Below are positions 28,143 to 37,860 of a stretch of DNA of 64,000 nucleotides, one piece after another. The stretch is from assembly GCA_964229335.1 (NCBI GenBank), contig CAXRCZ010000004.1, positions 96,001-160,000 of the forward strand, given 5' to 3'. Positions within the stretch are counted from its first letter, which is position 1. Each line of letters begins with the position of its first letter. The translations under genes were made by a program, and so were the position numbers. The notes below the pieces were generated by a model. That model worked only from the letters and a program-made list of their open reading frames with translations. It searched no databases and had not been told where the DNA came from. The DNA comes from Minisyncoccia bacterium. Its GTDB lineage: Bacteria > Patescibacteriota > Minisyncoccia > Phycocordibacterales > UBA918.

Positions 28143-29030
28143 ATGCAACACCAAACTGTCTTACTCCAAGAAGCAACCAATGCTTTAAACATACAACCTA
28201 CCGACACAATAGTTGATGCTACGTATGGATCAGGTGGACATGCAGCCAAGATGTTGGAGTATCTAGGAGCAGAAGGAACTTTGGTTGCAGTCGATGTTGA
28301 TTCAAGTGCATTAGAAAAAAAACCAGCCAATCCTAATCAAGCGACAGTACACTTGATACCCAACAACTTCCGCAACATACAATCGGTGCTCAATACAGTG
28401 AATATCACTGCGGTAAACGGCATCCTAGCTGACTTAGGTTGGCGAATGGAACAATTCTCAGGCAACGGAAGAGGTCTATCGTTTCAGTATGATGAACCGC
28501 TACTGATGACTTTGGGAGAACCAGAAGAATATCCCTTTACAGCGAGTGAAATAATAAATACCTGGAATGAGGCTACGATTGCGGATATCATTTATGGCTA
28601 TGGAGAAGAACGATTTGCTCGACGCATCGCAAAAAAGATTGTGACTAAAAGAGAAGAGTCACCCATAGAGACCACGTGTCAGTTGCGTGACGTCATACTG
28701 GAAGCGATACCTAAACGAGCACATCATAATAAAATTCACCCGGCCACGCGTACATTTCAAGCACTGCGAATTGCGGTCAACGAAGAACTAGCAGCACTTG
28801 AAGAGTTCATTTCTGAAGGCTTCGACTGTCTTGCTAAAGATGGACGATTGGCCATTATCAGCTTTCATAGTTTGGAGGATAGAATTGTAAAACTATCTTT
28901 TAGAAAATTAGCTGAACAAGGACTCGGCACACTGGTGACCAAAAAACCTCTCACTCCAACGCCAGAAGAACTAAATTCCAACCCAAAAGCACGAAGTGCA
29001 AAATTAAGAATCATTCAAAAATTAACGTAG
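28143..29030 (+). CDS. rsmH: 16S rRNA m4C1402 methyltransferase
   Basis: HQTVLL, VDATYGSGGH, HPATRTFQALRIAVN, ISFHSLEDRIVK, NPKARSAKLR; start 28143. Confidence 0.97.
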   Translation: MQHQTVLLQEATNALNIQPTDTIVDATYGSGGHAAKMLEYLGAEGTLVAVDVDSSALEKKPANPNQATVHLIPNNFRNIQSVLNTVNITAVNGILADLGWRMEQFSGNGRGLSFQYDEPLLMTLGEPEEYPFTASEIINTWNEATIADIIYGYGEERFARRIAKKIVTKREESPIETTCQLRDVILEAIPKRAHHNKIHPATRTFQALRIAVNEELAALEEFISEGFDCLAKDGRLAIISFHSLEDRIVKLSFRKLAEQGLGTLVTKKPLTPTPEELNSNPKARSAKLRIIQKLT

Positions 29031-29036
29031 AGCAAC

Positions 29037-29339
29037 ATGAGCAATTACAAATACAACACAGCAGCCCAACAGACAGCATTATGCTTTGCTGCACTAGTCG
29101 GAGCAGTTGTTCTTTATCTATATTACTTAAACGTATCGGTGGTACATGTGGTTATCAGAAAAGAAGCTTTACATACTCAATCCACACTCGAAGCCGAAAT
29201 TGCTCAACTAGAAAGTGAATTTATTGATGCACAACATGCTATTTCAGCTGCAGTAGCAACCCGAAAAGACTATTCAATCGCCGCCGAAAAAACGTTCATT
29301 ACCCAAGCCGATACCAGTCTGGTAATGGGTGGCAACTAA
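29037..29339 (+). CDS. FtsL-like cell division protein
   Basis: TM plus coiled coil, located between rsmH and ftsI. Confidence 0.6.
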   Translation: MSNYKYNTAAQQTALCFAALVGAVVLYLYYLNVSVVHVVIRKEALHTQSTLEAEIAQLESEFIDAQHAISAAVATRKDYSIAAEKTFITQADTSLVMGGN

Positions 29340-29347
29340 ACTAGCGC

Positions 29348-31069
29348 ATGAAAGGGAAACAACTAACCAATCGGGTCAGAATCCTCTCAATTTTAGTTGT
29401 GATTGGTGGACTGTTGTTGATTGGTAGGTTGTACCAACTGCAGGTACTTCACGCTGGTGAGTATCGAGAAAGAGCCGAAAGGCAATATGTCCATACTAAG
29501 AATGATCTCTATTCAAGAGGTTCAATTTGGTTTACAACCAAAGAAGGTGAAAAATTATCTGCTGCTGCAGTAGAGTCTGGCTACGTATTAGCGGTTAATC
29601 CTGAACACGTGGGTGACGCCAATAGCTTTTGCTCCTCTATAGCCAAGTATGAATTAGTGGATGATGACACATGTCTTACTCGAGCTACGTTACCTGATAG
29701 GTCGTACGTTGAATTAGCCGATCGGCTCACACCAGAAATAGCTGAAGAAATAGAAGCGTTAGATATCGAAGGAGCGCTGTTGTACAAGAACCAATGGCGC
29801 TACTATCCAGGAGGCTCAATGGCCGCTAGGTCTATTGGCTTTGTTGGCTACTCAAATGAGACTGCGGCAGCTTTGCACGGGAAGTTTGGTCTGGAAAGGT
29901 ACTATGATGATGTTTTGTATCAAGAGGGAGAAATTATGTCGGTCAATTTTTTTGCTGAATTATTCAGTAATTTAGAAAGTCTAGTAGATGAAGAATCCGA
30001 TCAAAAAACAGGCAGTATTGTCACTACGTTAGAACCATCAGTCTCTAGGTATTTAGATACAGTGCTAACCGAAACAAATGACACATACAACAGCACATTG
30101 ACTGGAGGAATCGTTATGGACCCAAATACGGGTGAAATAGTCGCCATGAATGTTGTGCCAGGCTTTGATTTAAACGTACGAGAAGATGCAACAATTGAGC
30201 AATTCAAGAATCCTTTGGTAGAAAACTTGTACGAAATGGGTTCAATTATAAAACCCCTCACTGTGGCGGCAGGAATTGATGCCGGAGTTATCAGTCCATC
30301 GACCACTTATTATGATCCAGGGTGTATCGAGCTCAACACATATACTATTTGTAACTATGACGGCCGAGGGCGTGGTGATGTACCGATGCAAGAAGTACTT
30401 AATCAATCTCTCAATACCGGAGTAGCTTTTATTGCTAATCGGATGGGTAAAGAACGCTTTCGTGAATATTTCTTAAATTATAAATTAGGCAGTGAAACCG
30501 GAATCGATTTGCCAAACGAAGCTTATGGCCTAGTAGATAACCTTAATTCTCCACGTGAAGTCGAATACGCAACTGCTTCATTTGGTCAAGGTATTGCGCT
30601 CACTCCAATTGCTACTGTAAGAGCGCTCTCAACTTTGGCCAATGGTGGTCACTTGATTACGCCTCATATTGTCAAACGAATTGAATATAATGATGGAACC
30701 AGCAAGGACATAATGTATCCAAAAGGGGACCAGGTTCTTAAACCATCAACGAGTGAAGAAATTTCTCGTATGTTGAGTACTGTAGTCGATGATGCGCTGC
30801 AGGGTGGTCAAGCTGCGTTGCCAAACCATAGCGTAGGAGCCAAGACAGGGACTGCTCAGATTCCTGATTTAGAAAATGGTGGGTACTATGAAGATAAATA
30901 TCTTCACTCATTTTTTGGTTACTTCCCAGTATATGACCCAAAATACATTGTGTTCTTATATACAGTTGAACCAAAGGGTGTACGTTATGCCTCAGAAACC
31001 TTAACTGATCCATTCATGCAAATGACTAAATTTCTGATAAACTACTACAATATCCCTCCTGACCGATAA
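29348..31069 (+). CDS. ftsI: Division PBP (FtsI/PBP3-like)
   Basis: GSIIK (SxxK), SLN, KTGTAQ; dcw context. Confidence 0.88.
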   Translation: MKGKQLTNRVRILSILVVIGGLLLIGRLYQLQVLHAGEYRERAERQYVHTKNDLYSRGSIWFTTKEGEKLSAAAVESGYVLAVNPEHVGDANSFCSSIAKYELVDDDTCLTRATLPDRSYVELADRLTPEIAEEIEALDIEGALLYKNQWRYYPGGSMAARSIGFVGYSNETAAALHGKFGLERYYDDVLYQEGEIMSVNFFAELFSNLESLVDEESDQKTGSIVTTLEPSVSRYLDTVLTETNDTYNSTLTGGIVMDPNTGEIVAMNVVPGFDLNVREDATIEQFKNPLVENLYEMGSIIKPLTVAAGIDAGVISPSTTYYDPGCIELNTYTICNYDGRGRGDVPMQEVLNQSLNTGVAFIANRMGKERFREYFLNYKLGSETGIDLPNEAYGLVDNLNSPREVEYATASFGQGIALTPIATVRALSTLANGGHLITPHIVKRIEYNDGTSKDIMYPKGDQVLKPSTSEEISRMLSTVVDDALQGGQAALPNHSVGAKTGTAQIPDLENGGYYEDKYLHSFFGYFPVYDPKYIVFLYTVEPKGVRYASETLTDPFMQMTKFLINYYNIPPDR

Positions 31070-31076
31070 TCTACCT

Positions 31077-32366
31077 ATGAAATCATTCTTCAAAAAAATA
31101 ATCGTATCTATACTCATATTTGAAGCAAAGATAATTCTCAAACGTCATCAACCTAACATCATAGCTATTACCGGCAGTGTCGGTAAGACTACCACAAAAG
31201 ACACCATATACGCTGCCATCAAAGGTTCTATTAGAGCGAGAAAGAGTGAAAAAAGCTTTAATTCTGAGTTAGGTGTGCCACTTACCATACTAGGACTACA
31301 TAATGCCTGGAATAATCCTTTTTTATGGTTCAAGAATATTCTTGATGGCATGTTGGTCGCCTTATTTAGTCGGGATTACCCAGAAGTGTTGGTGCTAGAA
31401 ACCGGTATTGATCGCCCTGGCGATATGAAAAAGATGACCGAATGGCTAAAGCCAGATATTGCAGTACTGACTCGCTTGCCAGCGGTACCAGTTCATGTTG
31501 AATATTTTTCTACTCCAGAAGAGGTGGTGAAGGAAAAGATGCGCCTAATCAGTGCTACTAAGCCTGGTGGGGTAATGATTTATAATAATGATGACACCAT
31601 TATTCAGAAACAACTTCCAGATATCTTCCAAAAGACTGTTGGATATGGACGTTATCTCAATACGACCTGGCAAGGTAAGGATGACCGGATTGTGTACGAA
31701 GATAATGTTCCAGTGGCAGCGGAATACCAGGTGCACCACCAGGGACAACAGTATACTGTGCGCAACAGGGAGACTCTCGGTACACAACACGTATACGCTG
31801 GAGCCGCTGCGTTAGCGGTAGCCTATGAATTAGGTCTTGATATCAAGAAAGCAGCTGACTCTCTCAGTCAACTACCAGCTCCAAAAGGAAGAATGAGATT
31901 GATTCCCGGTATCAAATCTACGTTAATTATTGACGATACATATAATTCTTCTCCTACAGCTGTCGAGCATGCCCTTCAGACTCTCAATGAAATTCGCTTT
32001 GCAAAGCGAAAAATAGTAGTACTCGGAGACATGCTAGAACTTGGCCGGTTCTCAACCGAAGAACACATCAAGCTAGGGAAGAGAATTCCACCAATTGCTA
32101 GATTGCTTCTGACGGTTGGTATTAGAGCGCGTAGGTTTAGCGAAGGCGCACTAGATGCTGGAATGCCTGAGCAAAACATATTACAGTACGACAATGTCTC
32201 CCATGCTGGAAAAGAGCTACAAAATATCCTTGAACCAGGAGATGTGGTGCTAATCAAAGCATCTCAAGGTATTCGTGCCGAGAAAATAGTAGAAGAAATA
32301 ATGGCTAATCCAGATGACGCTCACAAAATCTTGGTGCGGCAAGATCAGGCCTGGCAAGAGCGATAA
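31077..32366 (+). CDS. murF: UDP-MurNAc-tripeptide--D-Ala-D-Ala ligase
   Basis: ITGSVGKTTTK, FNSELGVP, DDTYNSSP, LGDMLELG, LIKAS. Confidence 0.92.
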   Translation: MKSFFKKIIVSILIFEAKIILKRHQPNIIAITGSVGKTTTKDTIYAAIKGSIRARKSEKSFNSELGVPLTILGLHNAWNNPFLWFKNILDGMLVALFSRDYPEVLVLETGIDRPGDMKKMTEWLKPDIAVLTRLPAVPVHVEYFSTPEEVVKEKMRLISATKPGGVMIYNNDDTIIQKQLPDIFQKTVGYGRYLNTTWQGKDDRIVYEDNVPVAAEYQVHHQGQQYTVRNRETLGTQHVYAGAAALAVAYELGLDIKKAADSLSQLPAPKGRMRLIPGIKSTLIIDDTYNSSPTAVEHALQTLNEIRFAKRKIVVLGDMLELGRFSTEEHIKLGKRIPPIARLLLTVGIRARRFSEGALDAGMPEQNILQYDNVSHAGKELQNILEPGDVVLIKASQGIRAEKIVEEIMANPDDAHKILVRQDQAWQER

Positions 32367-32369
32367 TAT

Positions 32370-32894
32370 ATGGCTCTCAAGATTGCATCAGTTTTATTTC
32401 TTATTATCCTCGCTGCCAGCGTCGCTACCTTTCAACCAGTAGAAAATAACTCTACTTTACCAGCACAAGAGAGTATTATCAGCACAGGTACTGTCGAAGT
32501 CATTCGAGTGATAGATGGAGACACGATTGAAGTAAGTCAGGGAAGTGAGTCTGAAACAATACGATTAATCGGTATTGATGCTCCAGAAACTAGGTTCTCT
32601 CCCCAAGGCGCCGAATGTTATGGTGCAGAAGCCGCTACTTATCTCAAAGAACTTTTGTCAGAACAATCATTAGTAGAATTTCGGTTTGACAACACCCAAG
32701 ACGCTACAGACGACTACGGCCGCTACTTAGGGTATCTAAATTTTAACAATCGAGATCTTGGCTTAGCAATGATAGAGAGTGGTCATGCTCAAGAATTCAC
32801 CTTTGTCAAACCCTACCAGCAGCAAGAGTTGTACCAACAAGCTGAACTGTTAGCTAGAGAAGAGAATCGTGGCATTTGGAGTGAATGCTACTAA
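32370..32894 (+). CDS. Secreted thermonuclease (SNase-like)
   Basis: RVIDGDT, IRLIGIDAPE, DDYGRYLGY, RGIW. Confidence 0.92.
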   Translation: MALKIASVLFLIILAASVATFQPVENNSTLPAQESIISTGTVEVIRVIDGDTIEVSQGSESETIRLIGIDAPETRFSPQGAECYGAEAATYLKELLSEQSLVEFRFDNTQDATDDYGRYLGYLNFNNRDLGLAMIESGHAQEFTFVKPYQQQELYQQAELLAREENRGIWSECY

Positions 32895-32923
32895 TTAGCT
32901 ACTCTTACTATGGTAATTAGCTA

Positions 32924-32966
32924 TAAATAAAACCTTTGGTAGCGTAAGTACCAAAGGTTTTATTTA
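32924..32966. terminator. Bidirectional terminator near the left island edge
   Basis: 18-bp perfect inverted repeat taaataaaacctttggta/taccaaaggttttattta. Confidence 0.85.
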
Positions 32967-32975
32967 ATTTAGGGG

Positions 32976-33479
32976 TTAGCGCCAGAAGAATAGGAAATCT
33001 AGCAATTTCTGCCACCACGAGCTTTGGACTTCATTTATTACTTCTTCAAGAGCCGTAGTAGCGGTGTCTACTACTGTAGCTGGAGTTTCACCATCCAGTA
33101 CTACATCGGTAGTGATATCAGCCGCATTATTGTTAGTTATGGTAATGTCAGTGGCTTCAATGGTGTAGCTAGTAATCAAACCACTGTCTAAAGTAGCGTT
33201 AATCCGGCCTGGTCGATAATCTTCAGTCACCATTAGTGGTTCACCATCCTCTTCAACCACTCGAAAAGGAATATTGACGGTTCCAAGACTCTCCATCGCT
33301 TGCTCGGGCGTTTTACCTATAAGAGCCAATTCGCTCGATGCAGAAATAGCTTGCTCAACCTGATCAGCAAAATTTTCTTCCACCTCTGGTGATTGTGCCT
33401 GACTAACAAGTGGAATTAGAAAAGCCAATAAAGTAACTACAAGTATTCTCAAGGAATAGCGATTTGTTGCGTGTGTCAT
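32976..33479 (-). CDS. Secreted protein with potato-inhibitor-I/I78-like domain
   Basis: Signal peptide; LIGKT.EQA...FRVV..DG....VTEDYRPGRIN..LDSG.I; amphipathic C-terminus. Confidence 0.55.
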   Translation of the reverse strand: MTHATNRYSLRILVVTLLAFLIPLVSQAQSPEVEENFADQVEQAISASSELALIGKTPEQAMESLGTVNIPFRVVEEDGEPLMVTEDYRPGRINATLDSGLITSYTIEATDITITNNNAADITTDVVLDGETPATVVDTATTALEEVINEVQSSWWQKLLDFLFFWR

Positions 33480-33528
33480 ACGAGCAATATCTTGACACTA
33501 TTATTAATATTATACAAGGTAGCAGATT

Positions 33529-33622
33529 GTGAGCCTTCTCGTGATAGAACCTCCCAAATTTATTAACCTGTAAGGCTATTATGACCAGGGATAACAAAAT
33601 CTGAATTACCCTTCTCGAGCGT
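33529..33622. repeat. 94-bp non-coding element, copy 1
   Basis: Ungapped match to 34889-34982, 68/94 identical by manual count. Confidence 0.85.
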
Positions 33623-33991
33623 GTATGCAATAGAATTATTTGCCAACAATCCTTCTCCAAAAAGAAGTACTAAGAATGCAACTAGAACAGTCAAGGTGGC
33701 TATAATATTTGCCCACATTGATATTTTCACACTTCTTTCCTGGATTTTTTGAGATTTAATTTGTGCAGCCAAACTATCTTTTGCGTTCTGTTCCTGGATT
33801 TTTAATAATTCCTTTTGCGCTAAAAATGAATCAAGAGAATTTTTCTCCAACATTGTAATTATCGTTTTGCACTTAGTACACAAAAAGACTGTGTTGCCCG
33901 TAGCAGGTCCGCCAGTATTGTCTACATCAACATGAAGTTCCCAGTCGTGATCACAAGTTTTAAACTTGGCTCTGTTTTCCATTCTTCCCAT
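33563..33991 (-). CDS. Zn-ribbon + coiled coil + TM protein
   Basis: CDHDW...CTKC, coiled coil, C-terminal TM. Confidence 0.65.
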   Translation of the reverse strand: MGRMENRAKFKTCDHDWELHVDVDNTGGPATGNTVFLCTKCKTIITMLEKNSLDSFLAQKELLKIQEQNAKDSLAAQIKSQKIQERSVKISMWANIIATLTVLVAFLVLLFGEGLLANNSIAYTLEKGNSDFVIPGHNSLTG

Positions 33992-34184
33992 ATAGTTAGT
34001 TACATTATAGAAAAATGTGGCAAAAGTGACACGCTATTAACTTTATTTTTATCAAGCCTAAGTTTCTCTTAATGTACCCTACCTACAAACTGTAAATACA
34101 GGAACATAGATAGTAGATCAATGTCTCTTAAGCTTGATATTTTAAAAAAAAGTTGTATCGTAAGACATAGAAAAGGAGGTCAAT

Positions 34185-34829
34185 ATGAAAAAAGTTTTTG
34201 CCTTCTGTGGAAGGCTCTTTGCTTTCATAATTCTCAACGCTTATTTGCTTGCCCACAACTTTCGGATGAGACTTTTGTATTGGCAGGCTATGTTTCGGCA
34301 AGATGACCTTATATCATTGCAAGAAGCTGTGATGGAGATGTTGCACGATTCTGGGTTAGAAAAAGAATTTGGTGTTAAGTTACATACCCAGCACAAGCCT
34401 GGATACGAGGTTGGTATAGGGAGGGAGCGCCAGGCTGACATCGCCTGGGAGGCTCCTATCTGTTTGACTATTCACGTTCAGGAAACACCTATTTTTGGCT
34501 TTTCCTTAGAAGTGTCTGGAAATATTCTCTGTATCAAACAAATGCAAGGTATTGCTGGCGTCAAGCTTCCTAATGAGCTGAAGAATATACCGATGTCGTT
34601 TGTTAAAGTCACTCAGCAATTTGTTGAAAATCATCCCAGATTTTTAACCTTGCGAATGACTTCTGCCAAAAATCGCTTCTGCTATTATTTTCCTTACGAG
34701 GTTACTCGTGATCAGGTGGTAGGAATACAGCAGAGAATGCAGCGTCGTTACGAGGGTACTGCTCGCCAAGCAGGCTTTCGGCGAGTCAATTGGCGATATT
34801 GGGAATGGAGAGCCAACAATGTACCTTGA
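34185..34829 (+). CDS. Hypothetical protein (weak VirK/YbjX DUF535-like resemblance)
   Basis: AGGAGGT SD, downstream terminator; LCIKQMQG segment. Confidence 0.55.
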   Translation: MKKVFAFCGRLFAFIILNAYLLAHNFRMRLLYWQAMFRQDDLISLQEAVMEMLHDSGLEKEFGVKLHTQHKPGYEVGIGRERQADIAWEAPICLTIHVQETPIFGFSLEVSGNILCIKQMQGIAGVKLPNELKNIPMSFVKVTQQFVENHPRFLTLRMTSAKNRFCYYFPYEVTRDQVVGIQQRMQRRYEGTARQAGFRRVNWRYWEWRANNVP

Positions 34830-34862
34830 GGGCCGAAGAACCATCTTGATTCTTCGGCCTTT
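34829..34862 (+). terminator. Intrinsic terminator
   Basis: ggccgaagaa/ttcttcggcc + ttt. Confidence 0.7.
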
Positions 34863-34888
34863 ATCTATAATTAAAAGCTCTAAATTTA

Positions 34889-34982
34889 GTGAGCCTTCTC
34901 GAGATAGAACCTATCTGATGTATTGCCCTACAAGGTCATTTTGACTATCGGTCGTACAATTTAATTGACCCTTCTCGTGCGT
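34889..34982. repeat. 94-bp non-coding element, copy 2
   Basis: Ungapped match to 33529-33622 at offset 1360. Confidence 0.85.
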
Positions 34983-34992
34983 ACTAAAAACT

Positions 34993-35718
34993 CTAGACCT
35001 TTGGTGCGTAACAACATCGACACCATCCTATACCTTTTTCATTTGCATCATGTGCACATTCCTTACATGGTAGTATCTCCTGTTCGAGAGCTTCTTTAAT
35101 TGTAAAAACTTTCCCTTCCAGTTTCCTACATCCTTCACAAGATTGCTCTCTAGCGGTAATAACTTCAACTCCTTCAATTACTTCGCTCTTCTGGTAATCC
35201 TTTAAATCTTTTTCAAAGCTAAGTAATCTGATTTTAGTTGGATCTTTTCCTTCACTATGAAGAAATAAAGCTTGTTGAAAATGAATCCCACTTGCTAAGT
35301 CTGGGTACTTCATAATGAGTTTATTTGAAATTCCCCACGCAACGTCAGCGAACGATGGGTCTTTACCAAACTTTTCTATTAGGGCTTGAGTCTGTTGAAG
35401 AACTAGCTTATCAATTTCATTCTTTTCTATACCGAAGTTTCCTAATCCTCTTAAAAAACTCGTTACTGAATAGTACTTTTCTTTTTCTTTATCAAACTTG
35501 ACCACCTGTGATTCAGTTAATAGGACCTTTTCTTTAGTTTTATAGTGCGTTCGTACAATAATAGATTCGCCACAATGTGGACATTTCTTTTTACGACTTG
35601 GAAGCGGAGTAACTTCAGCAGCACAATAGGGACAAACTCCAGTAGAAAGTTCTGCTTTTGCAACTGCAGCTTTTTGAGAAGTATTTTTAGGTTTGAATAA
35701 ATTTGAAAAGAATGACAT
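34993..35718 (-). CDS. Zn-ribbon protein with phage Mu-F/head-morphogenesis-like Cys-rich C-terminus
   Basis: CPYC...CPHC; C-terminal CEGC..LEGKVF...PCKECAH...WCRCCY. Confidence 0.6.
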   Translation of the reverse strand: MSFFSNLFKPKNTSQKAAVAKAELSTGVCPYCAAEVTPLPSRKKKCPHCGESIIVRTHYKTKEKVLLTESQVVKFDKEKEKYYSVTSFLRGLGNFGIEKNEIDKLVLQQTQALIEKFGKDPSFADVAWGISNKLIMKYPDLASGIHFQQALFLHSEGKDPTKIRLLSFEKDLKDYQKSEVIEGVEVITAREQSCEGCRKLEGKVFTIKEALEQEILPCKECAHDANEKGIGWCRCCYAPKV

Positions 35719-35843
35719 AGGGTAATTCTATCAAAAGAAAAGTGACAAATGTGACATACCCCGATAGCCGTAACCTAATTGGTTTGCTGACTCTTATGAT
35801 ATTTGTAAAATAAAGTTACTGTTACAAGTTTTTAATAAATATT

Positions 35844-36293
35844 ATGAATTTAAAACCATATATAAACTTTTTTACCATGATTGGGATATCGTCAGTATGT
35901 ATGTATCTCACCATGTATCTGCACACCTACTCATGGGACCACGTCTTTTTTAGTGAGACTCGTCTATACATGAACTTCCTCATGACAGCCGTCATGGCCA
36001 TGGTAATGCTTTGGTTTATGCGCCACATGTATACTGATAAAAAACTAAATGCCTACATAGTAGGTGGAAGTATTGCGCTGTTCGCAGTTTCATTATTCCT
36101 CGTGAGAAGCCAAGTACTGGTTGATGACGTAGACTTTATGGAAGCCATGATTCCACATCATTCTATCGCCATCCTTACCAGTGAACGCGCGCAGATAACT
36201 GACCCGCGCGTACGTGAGTTGGCAGACGAAATAATTGAAGCACAACGGCGTGAAATTGATGAAATGAAACAACTTATTGAAGATCTAAAATAA
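35844..36293 (+). CDS. DUF305 (CopM-like) membrane protein
   Basis: Met-rich TMs then FMEAMIPHHSIAI...LADEIIEAQRREIDEM. Confidence 0.88.
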   Translation: MNLKPYINFFTMIGISSVCMYLTMYLHTYSWDHVFFSETRLYMNFLMTAVMAMVMLWFMRHMYTDKKLNAYIVGGSIALFAVSLFLVRSQVLVDDVDFMEAMIPHHSIAILTSERAQITDPRVRELADEIIEAQRREIDEMKQLIEDLK

Positions 36294-36328
36294 CAAAAAG
36301 CGGACTCGTGAGAAGTCCGCTTTTTGTT
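36292..36328. terminator. Bidirectional terminator
   Basis: aacaaaaagcggact/agtccgctttttgtt between convergent DUF305 genes. Confidence 0.88.
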
Positions 36329-36342
36329 TTGGCAAAGTTTGT

Positions 36343-36927
36343 CTAGTCGTATTCAAGCTCTGCGTGAAGCTTTTGCATTACTTCAATTTCTCGCGTCTGA
36401 TTCACAATGATATTGTTGGTCAATTCTTTCATAACGTCATGCTCTAGATACGGTTGTATGTTACGTGACATCATAATCGCTCCCATGTGGTGCATCGACA
36501 TGTCGTGCAAGAAGATACTATCAAGTTCCGCTCCACTGTATGGATCCAAGTCGCGCATCATTGGTTGGTACGTTCCTGTATCCTTGTACGGCACCCCAAA
36601 CCATTCTTCGTAACTTTCTTTCATCAACGCAACCTCCACTGTTTGTGAAGAAATGATGTTGTTTGCCAGATCAATCATGCCTTGTGTCGTACCACCACGC
36701 TCGAGTATTTCTTTAGCAGTTGCAATAGCTTCCTCATGGTGAGGCACCATTTCCTCAATAAAGGCTTGTTCGCTCGTTATTGACATATTGCCATGCATCA
36801 TGCCACCGGCTTTTTCGTTTTCCATCATCTCTCCGCGCGACGTGTGCATTGGGTATTGAACAACTAAGAGTGCAACTAACGCACCAACGACTACGATAAG
36901 TGTACTTAGGAGAACTGTTTTATTCAT
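36343..36927 (-). CDS. DUF305 (CopM-like) exported metal-binding protein
   Basis: Two repeats FIEEMVPHHEEAI / FLHDMSMHHMGAIMM...Q..EI..M. Confidence 0.9.
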   Translation of the reverse strand: MNKTVLLSTLIVVVGALVALLVVQYPMHTSRGEMMENEKAGGMMHGNMSITSEQAFIEEMVPHHEEAIATAKEILERGGTTQGMIDLANNIISSQTVEVALMKESYEEWFGVPYKDTGTYQPMMRDLDPYSGAELDSIFLHDMSMHHMGAIMMSRNIQPYLEHDVMKELTNNIIVNQTREIEVMQKLHAELEYD

Positions 36928-36931
36928 AACG

Positions 36932-37420
36932 TTAGAGCGTTAGATACGGGGACATGTCGCCCGCTTCTGATAATTGATAGATATTGTATGGCGCAGTTTT
37001 AATTCCTGGCATGCCAGGTGTGCCAATGGGCATGGAGGCAAGGCCAATACCGACCACGTCTGGCTTTTCAGTGAGCAGTTTTTGAAGTGCTTCCAAGGGA
37101 ACATGTCCTTCTACCACATATTCGCCGATGAGTGATGTATGACAACTCTCACCTTGTGTCGGGATGTTGTACGTTTTCTTTATCGCTCCCATGTCTTCTG
37201 TTTCTTCAATAACCACCTCAAAGCCCTCACGGCGCAGGGCTTCTGCATAACCAGTACAACATCCACAATTTGGATCCTTGTACATGGTTACAGTGTGGCC
37301 GCTACCGAACATGACCGTGTGTTCAGATTCTGTGTGTACGCTTTGATTCTTTGTGAAGAGATACGTACTTGCTCCGACTAGCGCAATCGCTATGGCAAGT
37401 ACGCCAATAGTTTTATTCAT
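36932..37420 (-). CDS. DUF411 (CopG-like) metal-binding protein
   Basis: YKDPNCGCC, SCHT, YVVEGHVP, MPIGTPGM. Confidence 0.92.
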   Translation of the reverse strand: MNKTIGVLAIAIALVGASTYLFTKNQSVHTESEHTVMFGSGHTVTMYKDPNCGCCTGYAEALRREGFEVVIEETEDMGAIKKTYNIPTQGESCHTSLIGEYVVEGHVPLEALQKLLTEKPDVVGIGLASMPIGTPGMPGIKTAPYNIYQLSEAGDMSPYLTL

Positions 37421-37459
37421 AAATTCTAGGTATAACTAATAAAAATACTAGTAGTCTAA

Positions 37460-37852
37460 CTAGAATAGTTTTGGATGAAGAATGCCGTTTGAAAACAGTT
37501 CCTGAAGAGGTCTGTAAGAGAATGAATAGGTTCTTTCCTTTAGCCACCTCGTAAGTACACATATTCTCCTTAGGCGCCGAGACGGTAAAAGATTCGGTAT
37601 GATTGTTGCAACATAAGCAGCCGCGAGAATGGAAGATAGTAAAAATGTGACTGTCTGGATAACCGCCAAAAATGTAGATTTCCAGGCACCAATATGGTCG
37701 CTAAGATTCATTGCACACACGACCTCTCCATGTTCCATAAAAGGACAATCGGACATGGATCCAGTCATATCCATACCGGCAGACATATTCAATAGACTCA
37801 GAGTCATTGCTCCGAGAAGAAACATCATCATTAAACCAGCTCCTACTTTCAT
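37460..37852 (-). CDS. Leader ORF A (2 TM, Met-rich C-x9-C loop, ...LQELFSNGILHPKLF*)
   Basis: Paralog of 59386-59790; start at 37852 follows TGcTATAAT by 7 nt. Confidence 0.8.
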   Translation of the reverse strand: MKVGAGLMMMFLLGAMTLSLLNMSAGMDMTGSMSDCPFMEHGEVVCAMNLSDHIGAWKSTFLAVIQTVTFLLSSILAAAYVATIIPNLLPSRRLRRICVLTRWLKERTYSFSYRPLQELFSNGILHPKLF

Positions 37853-37860
37853 TGGGATGA

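Noticed and set aside
33529-34982. CRISPR array or integron attC interpretation of the 94-bp repeats
   Set aside because: Only two diverged copies 1360 bp apart; no cas genes or tyrosine integrase; ends are direct rather than inverted repeats
36306-36316. 11-bp match (CTTCTCACGAG, inverted) to ~63097
   Set aside because: Short, lies in a terminator, and plausible by chance in 64 kb
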